This document shows positions 45,773-56,161 of a stretch of 64,000 nucleotides of DNA, piece by piece; position 1 is the first letter of the stretch, and each line of letters begins with the position of its first letter. The DNA is from Planctomycetota bacterium. GTDB lineage: Bacteria; Planctomycetota; MHYJ01; WSZJ01. The notes below the pieces were generated by a model. The model had not been told where the DNA came from. It searched no databases and saw only the letters and a program-made list of their open reading frames with translations. The position numbers and the translations under genes are program-made. The DNA lies in NCBI GenBank assembly GCA_038060895.1, contig JBBTCT010000022.1, positions 160,001-224,000 of the forward strand, in the 5' to 3' direction.

Positions 45773-47209
45773 TCACGCGGGGCTTGTCCGGAACTCGGAT
45801 ATCCCTGCCTTCGCGCACGCTTCCCGCATCCGCTCCAGCTCAGGCTCGAGCGCCGACGGTCCTTGGGGACCCATGAGGCGAAAGCCCTCGAGCCAGGTAC
45901 GCCGCGAGTCGTCGATTCGACCCTGCTGCAGCAGGAGCAGGCCCAGGTCGCAGAGGTGGGCGGCCTCGAAGTGCGCGTTGTGGACCTCGCGGTCGATCAC
46001 CAACGCCTCCATGAAGAGGCGCCCGGAAGAATCCAGACGACCCGTCAGCTGGTGGAGGGTTGCGAGATTTCCCAGTGTGATGCCTTCGGAACGCCGGTTC
46101 CCGGTCTCCTGATGAATTGCCAGTGCTTCCTCGCCCGTCCGTTCCGACTCGCCGAACCGGCCCAGCGTCGCCAGAAAGCTTCCGAAATTCGTCAGGATTC
46201 CGCCTTCGGATCGTCGGTCGCCTACTTCCCGGAGGATATGCAGGGCCTCAAGGAGCGAGCTCTCAGCGCGTCGCATCTCCCCGGTCTGCGCCAGGACGTT
46301 CGCATAATTCCCAAGCGTGAGCCCTTCAGAACTGCGGTTCCTGACTTCTCGGTGAATGGCGAGAGCCTCTTCCTGCAACGTCAGTGCTTCCTGAGTCCGT
46401 CCCCCCAGCCGCGCGATGGTGGCGAGATTGCTCAGCCCGACGCCCTCCGCGCGACGATCGCCGGCGGCGAGGTGAAGAGAGAGGGCGCGCCGGAAAAGGC
46501 GTTCCGCCTCCTCGAGTCGTCCTGTCTCGCGATAGAGCCGGCCGAGATTCGCCAGGGCGTTTCCCTCCAATCGCGGGTCAGGATTGTCGCCGAGGAGCTT
46601 GAGAATCTCCTGATGAAGCTGCTCAGCGTCGGTCACCCGACCCGACTCGTGCCGCACCATCGCGAGACCGCTCAGCGAGAGGATTTCACGACGCCGGTCC
46701 CCGTTCCGGCGGTGGATGAGAAGCGCCTGCTCATAGGACGGGGCGGCGCGAATGGGATGGCCTGCACGAAGGGCCACGTCGCCCGCCTTGCGGAACGACT
46801 CGCCTCTCTCGGCCCCGGTTGTCAGAGAAGCGTACTTGAGCCACTGGGCCTCCGCTTCGAGATACTGAAATCGTTTTTCGGCGAACCCTGCGGAGCGGCG
46901 CACGTATCGCCGCTCTTCTGCCCGCGCGTTTCGCCCGGGAGCCAGTTCGGGATCGGTGTCGCCTTCAGACTGTGCGAGACGGGCGTGCTCGGACAGCTCC
47001 GAAGCGAACTGGTCGGCTGGATGCGGCTCCGGAAGAGGCTCGGAACCGTCCAGCGACGGCAGGAGCGGGGGAGGTCCGCCGGCCAGGCCTTCGATCGCCG
47101 CGAATGCCAGCGCATGCAGCCTCGTGCGGTCGCCGGGGAGCTGGAGCTGGTACGCCGCATCGCGCAGCAATGCGTGACGAAACAGGTACGCAGTTTCTCC
47201 TGTGATCAC
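45773..47209 (-). CDS. TPR protein, paralog of 44101-45633
   Basis: Same AYLFRHALLRDAAYQLQLPGDR start, TPR units and EACxKAG end. Confidence 0.85.
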   Translation of the reverse strand: MITGETAYLFRHALLRDAAYQLQLPGDRTRLHALAFAAIEGLAGGPPPLLPSLDGSEPLPEPHPADQFASELSEHARLAQSEGDTDPELAPGRNARAEERRYVRRSAGFAEKRFQYLEAEAQWLKYASLTTGAERGESFRKAGDVALRAGHPIRAAPSYEQALLIHRRNGDRRREILSLSGLAMVRHESGRVTDAEQLHQEILKLLGDNPDPRLEGNALANLGRLYRETGRLEEAERLFRRALSLHLAAGDRRAEGVGLSNLATIARLGGRTQEALTLQEEALAIHREVRNRSSEGLTLGNYANVLAQTGEMRRAESSLLEALHILREVGDRRSEGGILTNFGSFLATLGRFGESERTGEEALAIHQETGNRRSEGITLGNLATLHQLTGRLDSSGRLFMEALVIDREVHNAHFEAAHLCDLGLLLLQQGRIDDSRRTWLEGFRLMGPQGPSALEPELERMREACAKAGISEFRTSPA

Positions 47210-47453
47210 GTCCGAATCCTAACAGGGCCCGGCGCGAAGATTGTCGAAGCGGCACCGGTTGTGAAAGCCGAGGCGGCGCCCGCCCACGGGTCGCATGGCC
47301 CGCTGCTGAAATCCGCTGACGCCTTGGCGGTTCGATAGTCTGCACCGGCGCGGCGGAATTCCTGGCGGGTGGGACGCCGCTCGCGCGGTGTAATCTGGGA
47401 GGCCCGAGGGACGGGCTTGCATCCCCATTGTCCGCGGAACCGAGGAGATCGAC

Positions 47454-47936
47454 ATGCTCCTGCCCCTGATCGTGCTCGGTCTCATCCTCATGGCGACGCC
47501 CCTGTTCCAGGTGGTGCTCGCGCTTGTCTGCGCGGCCATGTACTGGAACCCGGCCCAGCCCCAGAAGATCGGTGAGGCGCCCGCGAGAGAGCCGGGCCCG
47601 AGGAGCCCCTGGTACAAGGACACGACGGAGTGGGAAACCCGGCGAAGGATGCTCCTCTGGTGGGTGGTTACGTTCATCGTTTTCGGCGGCGCGGCGGCAA
47701 GCGTCCTGCGCATGGCCAACGATGGGAGCCTGAAGGAACCGTTGGACCTGGCCGCGTTCGTCGTGGGCCACGCATTCTGGTTCGCCCGGCCGCTCATTCT
47801 CTTCCGGCTGATGATGGCCCCCGACGCAGGCTTGCGGCGCCGCGTCCTCTCCCTGGAGCTGGCGTTCACCGCGCTCTACACGCCGGCATGCCTCTTCCCG
47901 CTGCTCGCCTTCTTCGACATCGGTCCCTGGAAATAG
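47454..47936 (+). CDS. Membrane protein
   Basis: RBS gaggag; four hydrophobic segments. Confidence 0.6.
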   Translation: MLLPLIVLGLILMATPLFQVVLALVCAAMYWNPAQPQKIGEAPAREPGPRSPWYKDTTEWETRRRMLLWWVVTFIVFGGAAASVLRMANDGSLKEPLDLAAFVVGHAFWFARPLILFRLMMAPDAGLRRRVLSLELAFTALYTPACLFPLLAFFDIGPWK

Positions 47937-48065
47937 CCTCACGTCTGCAGGGTCAGCCAGCATCAAGCCAGGTCGAGGGACTTGGACGGCTCGACCGTTC
48001 CTACGGAACCTTGACCCCGACGTGCGTCCTGCGAAGCTCGCGGGCCGCTTCAAAGGAGGAACGAC

Positions 48066-49382
48066 ATGGCCGACACGCTGCCCGACCCGAATTCTGACCT
48101 CGCCGCCCTTCGCAACGTCCCGTACATGGGCGTGATCTACGTCGTGGCCGAAGCGGTGAAGCTCGGTTTCCGCAACGGCCACCCGGAGTGGTGCAACCTG
48201 GGGCAGGGGCAGCCTGAGATCGGGGAGATGGCGGGGGCGCCGAAGCGGATTTGCGACGTGCATCTTGAGCCGGCGGATCATGCCTATGGGCCGCTGGAGG
48301 GAACGCCCGAGCTTCGCGAAGCGGTCGCTTCGCACATCAACCGGCTGTACCGCAAAGGGAAGAAGCCGTACTCCGCGAAGAACATTGCGATCGCGCAGGG
48401 CGGGCGGCTGGCGCTGACGCGGGCGATGGCGGCGCTGGGAAGCGGCACGGTCGGGTATCAGCTTCCGGACTACACGGCGTACGAGGACATGTTCAACATG
48501 CACCTTGCGCGGCTGGGGCCGATTCCGATCCGGACGCGGGAAGCGGACGGGTTTGTGCTGACGGCGGAGACGCTGGAAAGGGAAGTCGCAGACCGGGATC
48601 TCGGCGCGGTCGTGATTTCAAACCCGTGCAACCCGACGGGGAACGTGATCCAGGGCGAAGAGCTGTCGCGGATGGTGGCGCTCGCGGGCGAGCGGCGGGT
48701 GACGCTGCTGATGGACGAGTTCTACTCGCACTTCATTTATACGGCAGACGGCAAGCCCGGCGCACGGCCCGTGAGTTCCGCAGCGTTCGTCGACGATCCC
48801 GACCGCGATCCCGTGCTGATCTTCGACGGCCTCACGAAATCGTTCCGCTACCCGGGCTGGCGCATCGGCTGGGTCGCCGGCCCGCCCGCGATGGTCGAGT
48901 CGATGGCCCGCACTGCGAGCGCCATCGACGGCGGCCCGTCGCGCATCGCCCAGCGCGCGGCCCTCATGGCGCTCGAGCCGAAGCGCGCCGACCAGGAGAC
49001 GACGGCGCTCCGGAAAGTGTTCTGCGAGAAGCGGAATCTCATGGTGAAGCGGCTCAAAGCGATGGGAGTGCGCTTCGCCGCGGAGCCGCGCGGGACGTTT
49101 TACTGCTGGTGCTCGCTCGACCGGCTCAAGCCTCCCTTCAACGACGCGATGACGTTTTTCCGCAAGGCTCTGGAGCGGAAAGTGATGACGGTGCCGGGGG
49201 AGTTCTTCGACGTGAACCCCGGCAAGTACCGGCGGAACCCGTCGCCGTACAAGCAGTGGATGAGATTCTCGTTTGGGCCGCCGATGGAGAACGTCGAGAT
49301 GGGATTGGGGCGGATAGAGGAGATGCTGGGCGCTCGCGGCAAGGAAGGGCGTGTTCGTGGGAAGAGGGCGTTGGCGAAGTGA
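48066..49382 (+). CDS. PLP-dependent aminotransferase class I/II
   Basis: NLGQGQPE, SNPCNPTG, MDEFY, GLTKSFRYPGWRIGW, RFSFG. Confidence 0.93.
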   Translation: MADTLPDPNSDLAALRNVPYMGVIYVVAEAVKLGFRNGHPEWCNLGQGQPEIGEMAGAPKRICDVHLEPADHAYGPLEGTPELREAVASHINRLYRKGKKPYSAKNIAIAQGGRLALTRAMAALGSGTVGYQLPDYTAYEDMFNMHLARLGPIPIRTREADGFVLTAETLEREVADRDLGAVVISNPCNPTGNVIQGEELSRMVALAGERRVTLLMDEFYSHFIYTADGKPGARPVSSAAFVDDPDRDPVLIFDGLTKSFRYPGWRIGWVAGPPAMVESMARTASAIDGGPSRIAQRAALMALEPKRADQETTALRKVFCEKRNLMVKRLKAMGVRFAAEPRGTFYCWCSLDRLKPPFNDAMTFFRKALERKVMTVPGEFFDVNPGKYRRNPSPYKQWMRFSFGPPMENVEMGLGRIEEMLGARGKEGRVRGKRALAK

Positions 49383-49408
49383 GAGTGCTGGTGCCCGGAA
49401 ACAGATAA

Positions 49409-49552
49409 CTTCAAATTTCAACATTCAATTTTCAAGCAACGGGAAAACTGCAAGACGACAACCGCAAGGCCCGCTCCGCCAGCGGTTCTTGAAGTTGAAA
49501 GTTGAAGTTCTCCGTTTGCTTGAAACTTGAAAGTTGAAGGTTGAAGTTCTCC
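49409..49552. repeat. Heptamer palindromic intergenic repeat
   Basis: ttcaaatttcaacattcaa...ttgaagttgaaagttgaagttctcc..ttgaaacttgaaagttgaaggttgaagttctcc. Confidence 0.6.
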
Positions 49553-49601
49553 CTTTCCCGCCGTCCCGCGCGCCCCGTCATTCCTGATACCCTTCGCTCC
49601 C

Positions 49602-51695
49602 ATGCCCCGCCTCTCCTTCCGCATCGCCGTCCTCTGCTTCCTCACCGCGGCCTTCCTGTTCGCGTGGGGCGTCCTCACCCACTCCTTCCCGCCGGTGCTC
49701 GGCCAGTCGCTCATGACCGCGATGGGCGCCGGCGTGGGCGCCGTGCTCCTCTGGATCTACGTTCGCCCTCCGCTGCCGAAGCCCGGCTTCGGCCCCGCCG
49801 CGATCGCGCTCATGGCCGCTTCACAGGTCGCCTACTACCTCCTCGTCTGGACGGACGCGAAGCAGCAGGGCGACCTCTGGCGGATCTGGTGGGGCGCGGC
49901 GGTGCCCTCGCTGGTCGCCGCGCACCTGCGGGTCATGCGGATGCTGGAAATCGACTGGACCACGCGCTTCGGCAAGATCACCGCGGCCGGGATCTGCCTG
50001 CACGGGCTGTCGTGGGTTTTGCTGGTGTTGCGGAAGGACATGATGGCGGATCCGCCGAAGTGGTACTTGGCGATCATGGCGGCGTTCGGGGGGACGTCGG
50101 TGGTCTGTTCGCTGATGGTGTATTACCGGTATCGCAAGGCGCACGCCGGGCTGCTCTCGGTTTTTCCTCTCTGGGCGCGGTGGACGGCGTTCGGGATCTC
50201 GCAGGTCGTGCTGGTGCTCGCGGGGTTTTACATCGGGCGGATCACGGGCGGGGACGAAGCAGTGTTCGAAGCGTTTCCCTCCGCGCTCGCGGGTATGTCG
50301 CCCGAGGAAATCGAATTGTCCGTCCGCGCCGACGCGGCGCGGCTCAAGACCGTGACGGCCGGCATCGACGAGGTCTCAGCGCGCTTCCCCGGCCTGCGCG
50401 CGAGACTCGAAGGCGCGATGAAGGCGGAACGGCGCGAGTACCTCAAGGCGCCCGAGGACGACGATCTGCGCGCGACGTACATGACGTTCCTCACGTACCG
50501 GTCGGCGCTTCTCCGGCACGTCGCGATCTACTCCGGCTTCGAGGCCGTGCGCGACCCGGCGCTGAAGGCACGCTGCTTCCTGGTCGCCTATGCGGCCGCG
50601 ACGGCGCTTTTCGAATCGTCGGGCCGGCTCGTCGTCACGTTCCAGACGTGGAGCATCGCTCGCAGCAAGCTGAACGAGCCCGACTCGCGCTGGGGGATTT
50701 CGTCGGGGATATTCGACCGGATTGCCGCGAGCGTCGGCTCCGACTCGAACGTGGAGCGCTTCGAGGAGATGGCGGCCTACTACGAAGGGCGCAAGTCGCT
50801 CTGGCGGGAGGACGGAGTCTTTCCGCCGGAGGAGATGGACTGGTTCGAGCAGCGGATTTCGAAGGGGATCGAGGCGGCCCGGGCGCTGGACGTGCACTCG
50901 CACCGGAACTGGCTGAGGCGGGTGGTTTCGAAAGTGAGGAGCGACGCGTATTCACCGGTGTACGTCGTGCAGTCGCAGCTGTCGCAGTGGATCGGGGACA
51001 CGCGCGTGGTCGCGCGGCCGCCGCTGATTCGCGCGAAGCAGATCGGTGAGTTGCGCGCGAAGATGCAGCCCGGGGACATCATCCTGGAGCGGCGGAACTT
51101 TTTCCTCTCGAACGCGTTCCTGCCGGGGTTCTGGCCGCACGCGGTCATGTATGTCGGGAACGAAGAGGAGCTGAAGGCGATGGGGCTGCTCGAGAATGCG
51201 GACGTGAAGGCGAAGCTCGAGGCGTGGCGCAAGCCGTGCGAGGACGGGAACCGCCATGCGGTGATCGAGGCGGTGAGCGAAGGCGTGATCTTCAATTCGC
51301 TCGAGCACTCGATGCATGCGGACTTCGTCGCCGTGCTGCGGCCGCGCGTCTCGAAGGAACTGAAGGCCGCGGCGATCGCGCGGGCGTTCGCGCACGAGGG
51401 AAAGCCGTACGACTACGAATTCGACTTCAAGACGACCGACAAGCTCGTCTGCACCGAGCTCGTCTATCGCTCCTACGAGGGCACGGTGCACTTCATGCTG
51501 CAGCACGTCATGGGGCGCGACACGCTTCCCGCCGTCGAGATCGCGCGCAAGTTCCGCGAGGAACGCGGCGCCTCAGGGCAGGAACTGGATTTTGTCGCGT
51601 TCCTCGACGGCCGGCCGTCCGAAGGCGAAGCGGTGTTCGCGAGTGAAGAGGAATTCTGTAAGTCTGTGGATCGACCGCGGGAGTTTCACGAATAG
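49602..51695 (+). CDS. Multi-TM protein with C-terminal YiiX/YebB-like permuted papain (NlpC/P60) domain
   Basis: QPGDIIL, PGFWPHAVMYVG, VIEAVSEGV, GKPYDYEFDF, KLVCTELV. Confidence 0.85.
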   Translation: MPRLSFRIAVLCFLTAAFLFAWGVLTHSFPPVLGQSLMTAMGAGVGAVLLWIYVRPPLPKPGFGPAAIALMAASQVAYYLLVWTDAKQQGDLWRIWWGAAVPSLVAAHLRVMRMLEIDWTTRFGKITAAGICLHGLSWVLLVLRKDMMADPPKWYLAIMAAFGGTSVVCSLMVYYRYRKAHAGLLSVFPLWARWTAFGISQVVLVLAGFYIGRITGGDEAVFEAFPSALAGMSPEEIELSVRADAARLKTVTAGIDEVSARFPGLRARLEGAMKAERREYLKAPEDDDLRATYMTFLTYRSALLRHVAIYSGFEAVRDPALKARCFLVAYAAATALFESSGRLVVTFQTWSIARSKLNEPDSRWGISSGIFDRIAASVGSDSNVERFEEMAAYYEGRKSLWREDGVFPPEEMDWFEQRISKGIEAARALDVHSHRNWLRRVVSKVRSDAYSPVYVVQSQLSQWIGDTRVVARPPLIRAKQIGELRAKMQPGDIILERRNFFLSNAFLPGFWPHAVMYVGNEEELKAMGLLENADVKAKLEAWRKPCEDGNRHAVIEAVSEGVIFNSLEHSMHADFVAVLRPRVSKELKAAAIARAFAHEGKPYDYEFDFKTTDKLVCTELVYRSYEGTVHFMLQHVMGRDTLPAVEIARKFREERGASGQELDFVAFLDGRPSEGEAVFASEEEFCKSVDRPREFHE

Positions 51696-51737
51696 GCCCT
51701 TCGACCAGGACAGGCTCGCAGAGGCTTCGGTCGAAGA

Positions 51738-53372
51738 TCAGCGCTCGATGACACCACCGTCGTCGGCCTGTGTTTTCCCGGAGACACTGGTCCCCGTGAG
51801 CTTGACGTGTCCTGCTTCGACCGCCCGCACGTCTCCCGTCACGTCGCACTCGACGAGTTCGATCCGCGAACACGTTCGCGCCACGACGAGGCACGTGATT
51901 TTGCAGCGCACCAGCCGGATGACACTGTCGTCGTGCGCGCCGACGTAGCCGCCCTTGCCGTCCACCGTTGAATCCTCGAGCTCGATCCGCCCTTTGCCGA
52001 AGGTCATTGCTTCGCCGATCGTCGATTTGCGCAGTCGGACCACGGCGTCGTCGGAAGCGTAGATGTTCCAGGCTCCGACGGTGGCGTTGCGGAAGACGAG
52101 CGCGCGGTCCGGCGCAGGGACGCGCCACTCGGCCATCGCGCGGCCGTTCTGGAGGTCGTCGATCGTCAACGCCGTCTTGTGGCCGAAGAGCAGCCCCACG
52201 GCCATCGGGTTGCAGTCCTCGACGGAACCGGCCGCGTCAGGGAGCGACAGCAGCGTCCACTTCACTCCTTTGCTTCGCTCGACCGAAACGTTCAGCCCGT
52301 GGCCGCTCTTCCAATTGGCACCGACGTCGGGGCCGGGGAAGCGCATCGCGCCCGTGAGATTCGCGCCGAACGTGTGCCAGAGGATGACGTTCTCGCAGTC
52401 AGAGACTTCCACCGTGCCGCCCGGTGCGATCACGAACTCCCCGGGGTTCTTCGTCTTTGAGAGCAGGATCTTCGCCTTCGGAGGCACGTCGCCCGTGAAG
52501 CCGCCGATGCACTCGACGCCGGTCATTGCGACCGTCTGCGCACCGTCGAGTTTGAGACCGGCGGGGAAATGAGTGAAGACGAGCGCGTCGTGGAACGAAA
52601 GACGCGCTTCGCCGGAAAGCCGCACGTCGCGCTCGTGCTGAAAGCGCTGCAGGATGTCGACCACGCCGCCGCGGAACTCTGCGATGCCGCCCTGGAGGGA
52701 GATCTCGCCGCCCGCCACGAATCGTGGCGCGGTGACGGTGAGCTTGCCCGGCTTTTTCACGGTGATGCGGCCGGTGTGTTTCCGGCTGGTCGCGACCAGT
52801 TGCTCGGTCTCGACGACCCACTCGCCCGTGGTTTCGTCGATCGGTGCGCGCACGACGCGGACTTCGTCCACACGCAGTTCGTTCCGGCCTTTTGCATTCC
52901 CGACGATCGCCGCCGCGTCGAGCATGACCCACCCCGTGCCCAGCCGCGCGGAGTCGAGGCGTTCCTTCTTCACCGCCGAGTCCGCGTTCAACGCAAACTT
53001 CCCCGCCTCGAGCGTCACGTCCGTCCAGGCGCCGCCGACGAGGCGGAACGGCTGGTTCCACGTCGCGCCGTCGCGGTCCTTCAGGACCACCACCCACGTC
53101 CCCGTCTCGTCCGAGCGGATCCGGAGGCGCAGCTCCTTCAACTCCGTCAGCAGCGCGTAGTTCGCCAGCGGCGCCATCTTCGACCGCTCGTAGCCAAGGA
53201 CCAGGTGACCGCCCTCCGCCTTCAACTCGGCCTCGGCGGGCTTGTCGCCTCCCGGAAGCGCCGTCTGGAAGCCGTCCGCGGAGTCGCAGGCGAGGATTTC
53301 CTCGTCGTCCCCGGCGAAGGCCAGGCGGGACAGGAGCACCAGCGAGGCGACAAGGGAAGCGCGCATCATCAC
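51738..53372 (-). CDS. Exported protein (carbohydrate-binding-like N-terminus, beta-helix-like C-terminus)
   Basis: Signal peptide; repetitive beta-strand pattern. Confidence 0.55.
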   Translation of the reverse strand: MMMRASLVASLVLLSRLAFAGDDEEILACDSADGFQTALPGGDKPAEAELKAEGGHLVLGYERSKMAPLANYALLTELKELRLRIRSDETGTWVVVLKDRDGATWNQPFRLVGGAWTDVTLEAGKFALNADSAVKKERLDSARLGTGWVMLDAAAIVGNAKGRNELRVDEVRVVRAPIDETTGEWVVETEQLVATSRKHTGRITVKKPGKLTVTAPRFVAGGEISLQGGIAEFRGGVVDILQRFQHERDVRLSGEARLSFHDALVFTHFPAGLKLDGAQTVAMTGVECIGGFTGDVPPKAKILLSKTKNPGEFVIAPGGTVEVSDCENVILWHTFGANLTGAMRFPGPDVGANWKSGHGLNVSVERSKGVKWTLLSLPDAAGSVEDCNPMAVGLLFGHKTALTIDDLQNGRAMAEWRVPAPDRALVFRNATVGAWNIYASDDAVVRLRKSTIGEAMTFGKGRIELEDSTVDGKGGYVGAHDDSVIRLVRCKITCLVVARTCSRIELVECDVTGDVRAVEAGHVKLTGTSVSGKTQADDGGVIER

Positions 53373-53400
53373 CGCTTACAGCCGAATGAGGACCCGGGTT

Positions 53401-53742
53401 TCATGCCTTACGCCGCCCTTCCCACGCCGCAAGGACCTTCTTCGGCGCGATCGCTCGCCAGGCCTGCTCGAGCAGGTGCGCGTAGTGCGCCTTGCCGATT
53501 CTCGAGAACTGCACGATCAATGCGCTTCCGCCGAATGCGCTCTGGAAGGTCACCGGCTCCGAGTCGGCCAGCGTCGCGGTCCGGTCAGCGCCGAGGCGCA
53601 GAAGCGCGCCCTTCCGTCCTCCCGGATGGATCGTCGCAAAGATCTTCTTCCGTACGCGGAAGTCGGCAACCTCAAAGTGCGACGACTCGACTGCTTCCGG
53701 GAACGAAAGCGCGAGCTTGCGCACGGCGTCTTCGGTGATCAC
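53401..53742 (-). CDS. MmcQ/YjbR family protein
   Basis: VRKLALSFPEAVESSHF...FRVRKKIFAT...AWRAIAPK. Confidence 0.88.
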   Translation of the reverse strand: MITEDAVRKLALSFPEAVESSHFEVADFRVRKKIFATIHPGGRKGALLRLGADRTATLADSEPVTFQSAFGGSALIVQFSRIGKAHYAHLLEQAWRAIAPKKVLAAWEGRRKA

Positions 53743-53745
53743 GCG

Positions 53746-54633
53746 TCAAATGTACACTGGATCCGCATGAGACAGATCATCACGCTCGGCGGCGGCGGCT
53801 TCAGCATGGAGCCGGACAACCCGCGGCTCGACGACTACATCCTCCGGAGCACGGGTCGCAAGCGCGGTAGTCAGCCCGTCGCTCGAGAACAGCTGTCCGT
53901 CGACCTGGAGTTGCTTCAGCATCACGATTCCGAGCACTGCCGAGACGATGCCGAACACCGTTCCGCCGCCGCCGAAGAACATGACACTCCAAAATGAGGG
54001 AGCAGAATTGACGGCATGGGGCGCAGGCTGCCCGCGGAGCCTGACGGTTATTGCGAGAGTTACCATGACGACGCCGATCGCAAAGAGCGGCACCATCGTG
54101 CTGAGCAGGCACTTCAGCGCGTACTCAATCGGATCCATGACGAAGAATGGATTCCCCTCCAGGCTTGCGAGTCTCGCAACTAGAGCCTGGAAGAGCGTGG
54201 CGATCGACATGAACACGCCGACGCTGAGGCAGAGGGACGCCGGGACCCCCGAGCCGCAGGACAGAACGACTGGGATCCATGCGAGTGACGTCAGAGTGCC
54301 CACCAGCATGGGACCGAAGAGAAGGGAATAAGCGACCAGGTAACGAACGATTCCGCGCGGCTGCCACTTCATGATGTCAATGTCCCGCCAGAGCTTCTCG
54401 GCATCCTCGAGGTCCCCGTTGGCAATAAGCACCGAATTCAGAGCGCCGACGGACGTGCCTGCGATGTACCGGAAATCTGACAGTCCCCTTTCACGGAGAG
54501 CTTTCCAGGCGCCGATCTGGTATCCGCCTTTGAATCCTCCGCCGCAGAGAACGAGTCCGATTCTTCGGCCGGCAAACTTCCCATGGGCATCGACAGCCAC
54601 AACGTAACCCTCCCACGAAGTATCCTTCCCCAT
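53746..54633 (-). pseudogene. Truncated patatin-like phospholipase with TM insert
   Basis: GLVLCGGGFKG and GTSVG present; no catalytic DGG; runs into the antisense of the pepE fragment. Confidence 0.65.
53767..53865 (+). pseudogene. 5' fragment of peptidase E (S51 family)
   Basis: MRQIITLGGGGFSMEPDNPRLDDYIL, after which the resemblance ends abruptly. Confidence 0.7.
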
Positions 54634-54742
54634 TCTCGCATCGGTGGGGGGGGCGGGCGAAGGATCCCGCCTGGACACTACGGGCCGAGAACGACCTTCG
54701 GCCTTGCGACCACCCCCGCACCAGCGTAAGCTCTTCCCCCCC

Positions 54743-56110
54743 ATGCCCACCGGCAACGTTCACTTCATTTCGCTCGGCTGCCCGAAAAACCTCGTGGACA
54801 GCGAGGTGCTCCTCGGCCGGCTCGTCCTAGACGACTTCGCCGTGTGCGAGAAGGCGGAGGACGCGGACATCATCGTCGTGAACACCTGCGGTTTCCTCGA
54901 GGCGTCGCGGCAGGAGTCGATCGGGGTGATCCGGGAAGCGTGCGAGCACAAGAAGAGCGGCGGCGCTTCGGGCGTGGTCGTCGCGGGGTGCCTGGCGCAG
55001 CGGGACAAGGACTCGCTCGTCGCGCTTCTGCCGGATGTGGACGCGTTCCTGGGGATCATGGGCGAGGACAAGATCGCTGAGCTCTGCGAGCAATTGACGC
55101 AGCGCGTCAAGTCGAAGCGGAAGAGGTCGCCTGCGAAGTACCAGGTCGAGCGCAACGACCGCGAGTGCCAGGCGGACGTCGGGCGGCTGCGCCTCACGCC
55201 GCGGCACACGGCGTACGTGAAGATCAGCGAGGGGTGCGACAACGTGTGCACCTTCTGCATCATCCCGAAGATCCGCGGGCGGCACCGTTCAAAGCCGGTG
55301 GAGATGGTCGTCAAGGAGGTCCGCGAGCTTGCGGCGGACGGTGCGAAGGAGATCAACCTGATCGCGCAGGACACGACGAGCTACGGCAAGGATCTCTACG
55401 AGAGTTTCGAGCTGCCCCGGCTCCTGCGCGAGGTCGCCGCGGTCCCGGGCGTGCGCTGGGTGCGCCTCATGTACGCGTACCCGTCGTATTTCACCGACGA
55501 GATGATCGACGCGCTCGCCAGCACGCCCAACGTCGTCCGTTACGTCGATATGCCGCTTCAGCACATCTCCGACCCGATGCTGAAAGCGATGAAGCGCAAC
55601 ATCACGAAGGCCGAGACGCTCGACCTGATCCGCCGCCTGCGCGAGCGCGTTCCCGGCCTCGTGCTGCGGACGACGTTCATCGTCGGGTTTCCCGGCGAGA
55701 CGGACGGGGACTTCGAGGAACTGCTGGCGTTTGTGAAAGAAGCGAAGTTCGACCGGGCGGGGGCGTTCAAGTACTCGCCGGAGAAGGGGACGCCGGCCGG
55801 GCGGTATGAGGACCAGGTCGCCGAGGACGTGAAGGAGAAGCGCTTCGACCGCCTCATGCGCGCGCAGCAGGCGGTTGCGTTCGACCGGCAGAGGAATTGG
55901 CTGGGGAAAGAGATCGAGGTGATCGTCGAGTCGCGCCAGGGCCGGCGCACGGTCGGGAGGACGGCGGGGGACGCGCCCGACATCGACGGCGTGATCTACC
56001 TGACGGGGAAGGATCTGCCGATCGGGGAGATCATCACGGTGAAAGTCACTCGCGCGGAGGGCTACGACCTCCACGGGACGGCAAGCGTCGCCGAGAGCGC
56101 GTTGCGATAG
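54743..56110 (+). CDS. rimO: Ribosomal protein S12 methylthiotransferase RimO
   Basis: SLGCPKNLVDSE, VNTCGF, EGCDNVCTFC, YVDMPLQH, APDIDG TRAM domain. Confidence 0.97.
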   Translation: MPTGNVHFISLGCPKNLVDSEVLLGRLVLDDFAVCEKAEDADIIVVNTCGFLEASRQESIGVIREACEHKKSGGASGVVVAGCLAQRDKDSLVALLPDVDAFLGIMGEDKIAELCEQLTQRVKSKRKRSPAKYQVERNDRECQADVGRLRLTPRHTAYVKISEGCDNVCTFCIIPKIRGRHRSKPVEMVVKEVRELAADGAKEINLIAQDTTSYGKDLYESFELPRLLREVAAVPGVRWVRLMYAYPSYFTDEMIDALASTPNVVRYVDMPLQHISDPMLKAMKRNITKAETLDLIRRLRERVPGLVLRTTFIVGFPGETDGDFEELLAFVKEAKFDRAGAFKYSPEKGTPAGRYEDQVAEDVKEKRFDRLMRAQQAVAFDRQRNWLGKEIEVIVESRQGRRTVGRTAGDAPDIDGVIYLTGKDLPIGEIITVKVTRAEGYDLHGTASVAESALR

Positions 56111-56161
56111 AACAGACGGCGCCGGGGTCTTCACGGAAGTCCTCCCACGAAAGGAACGCCC

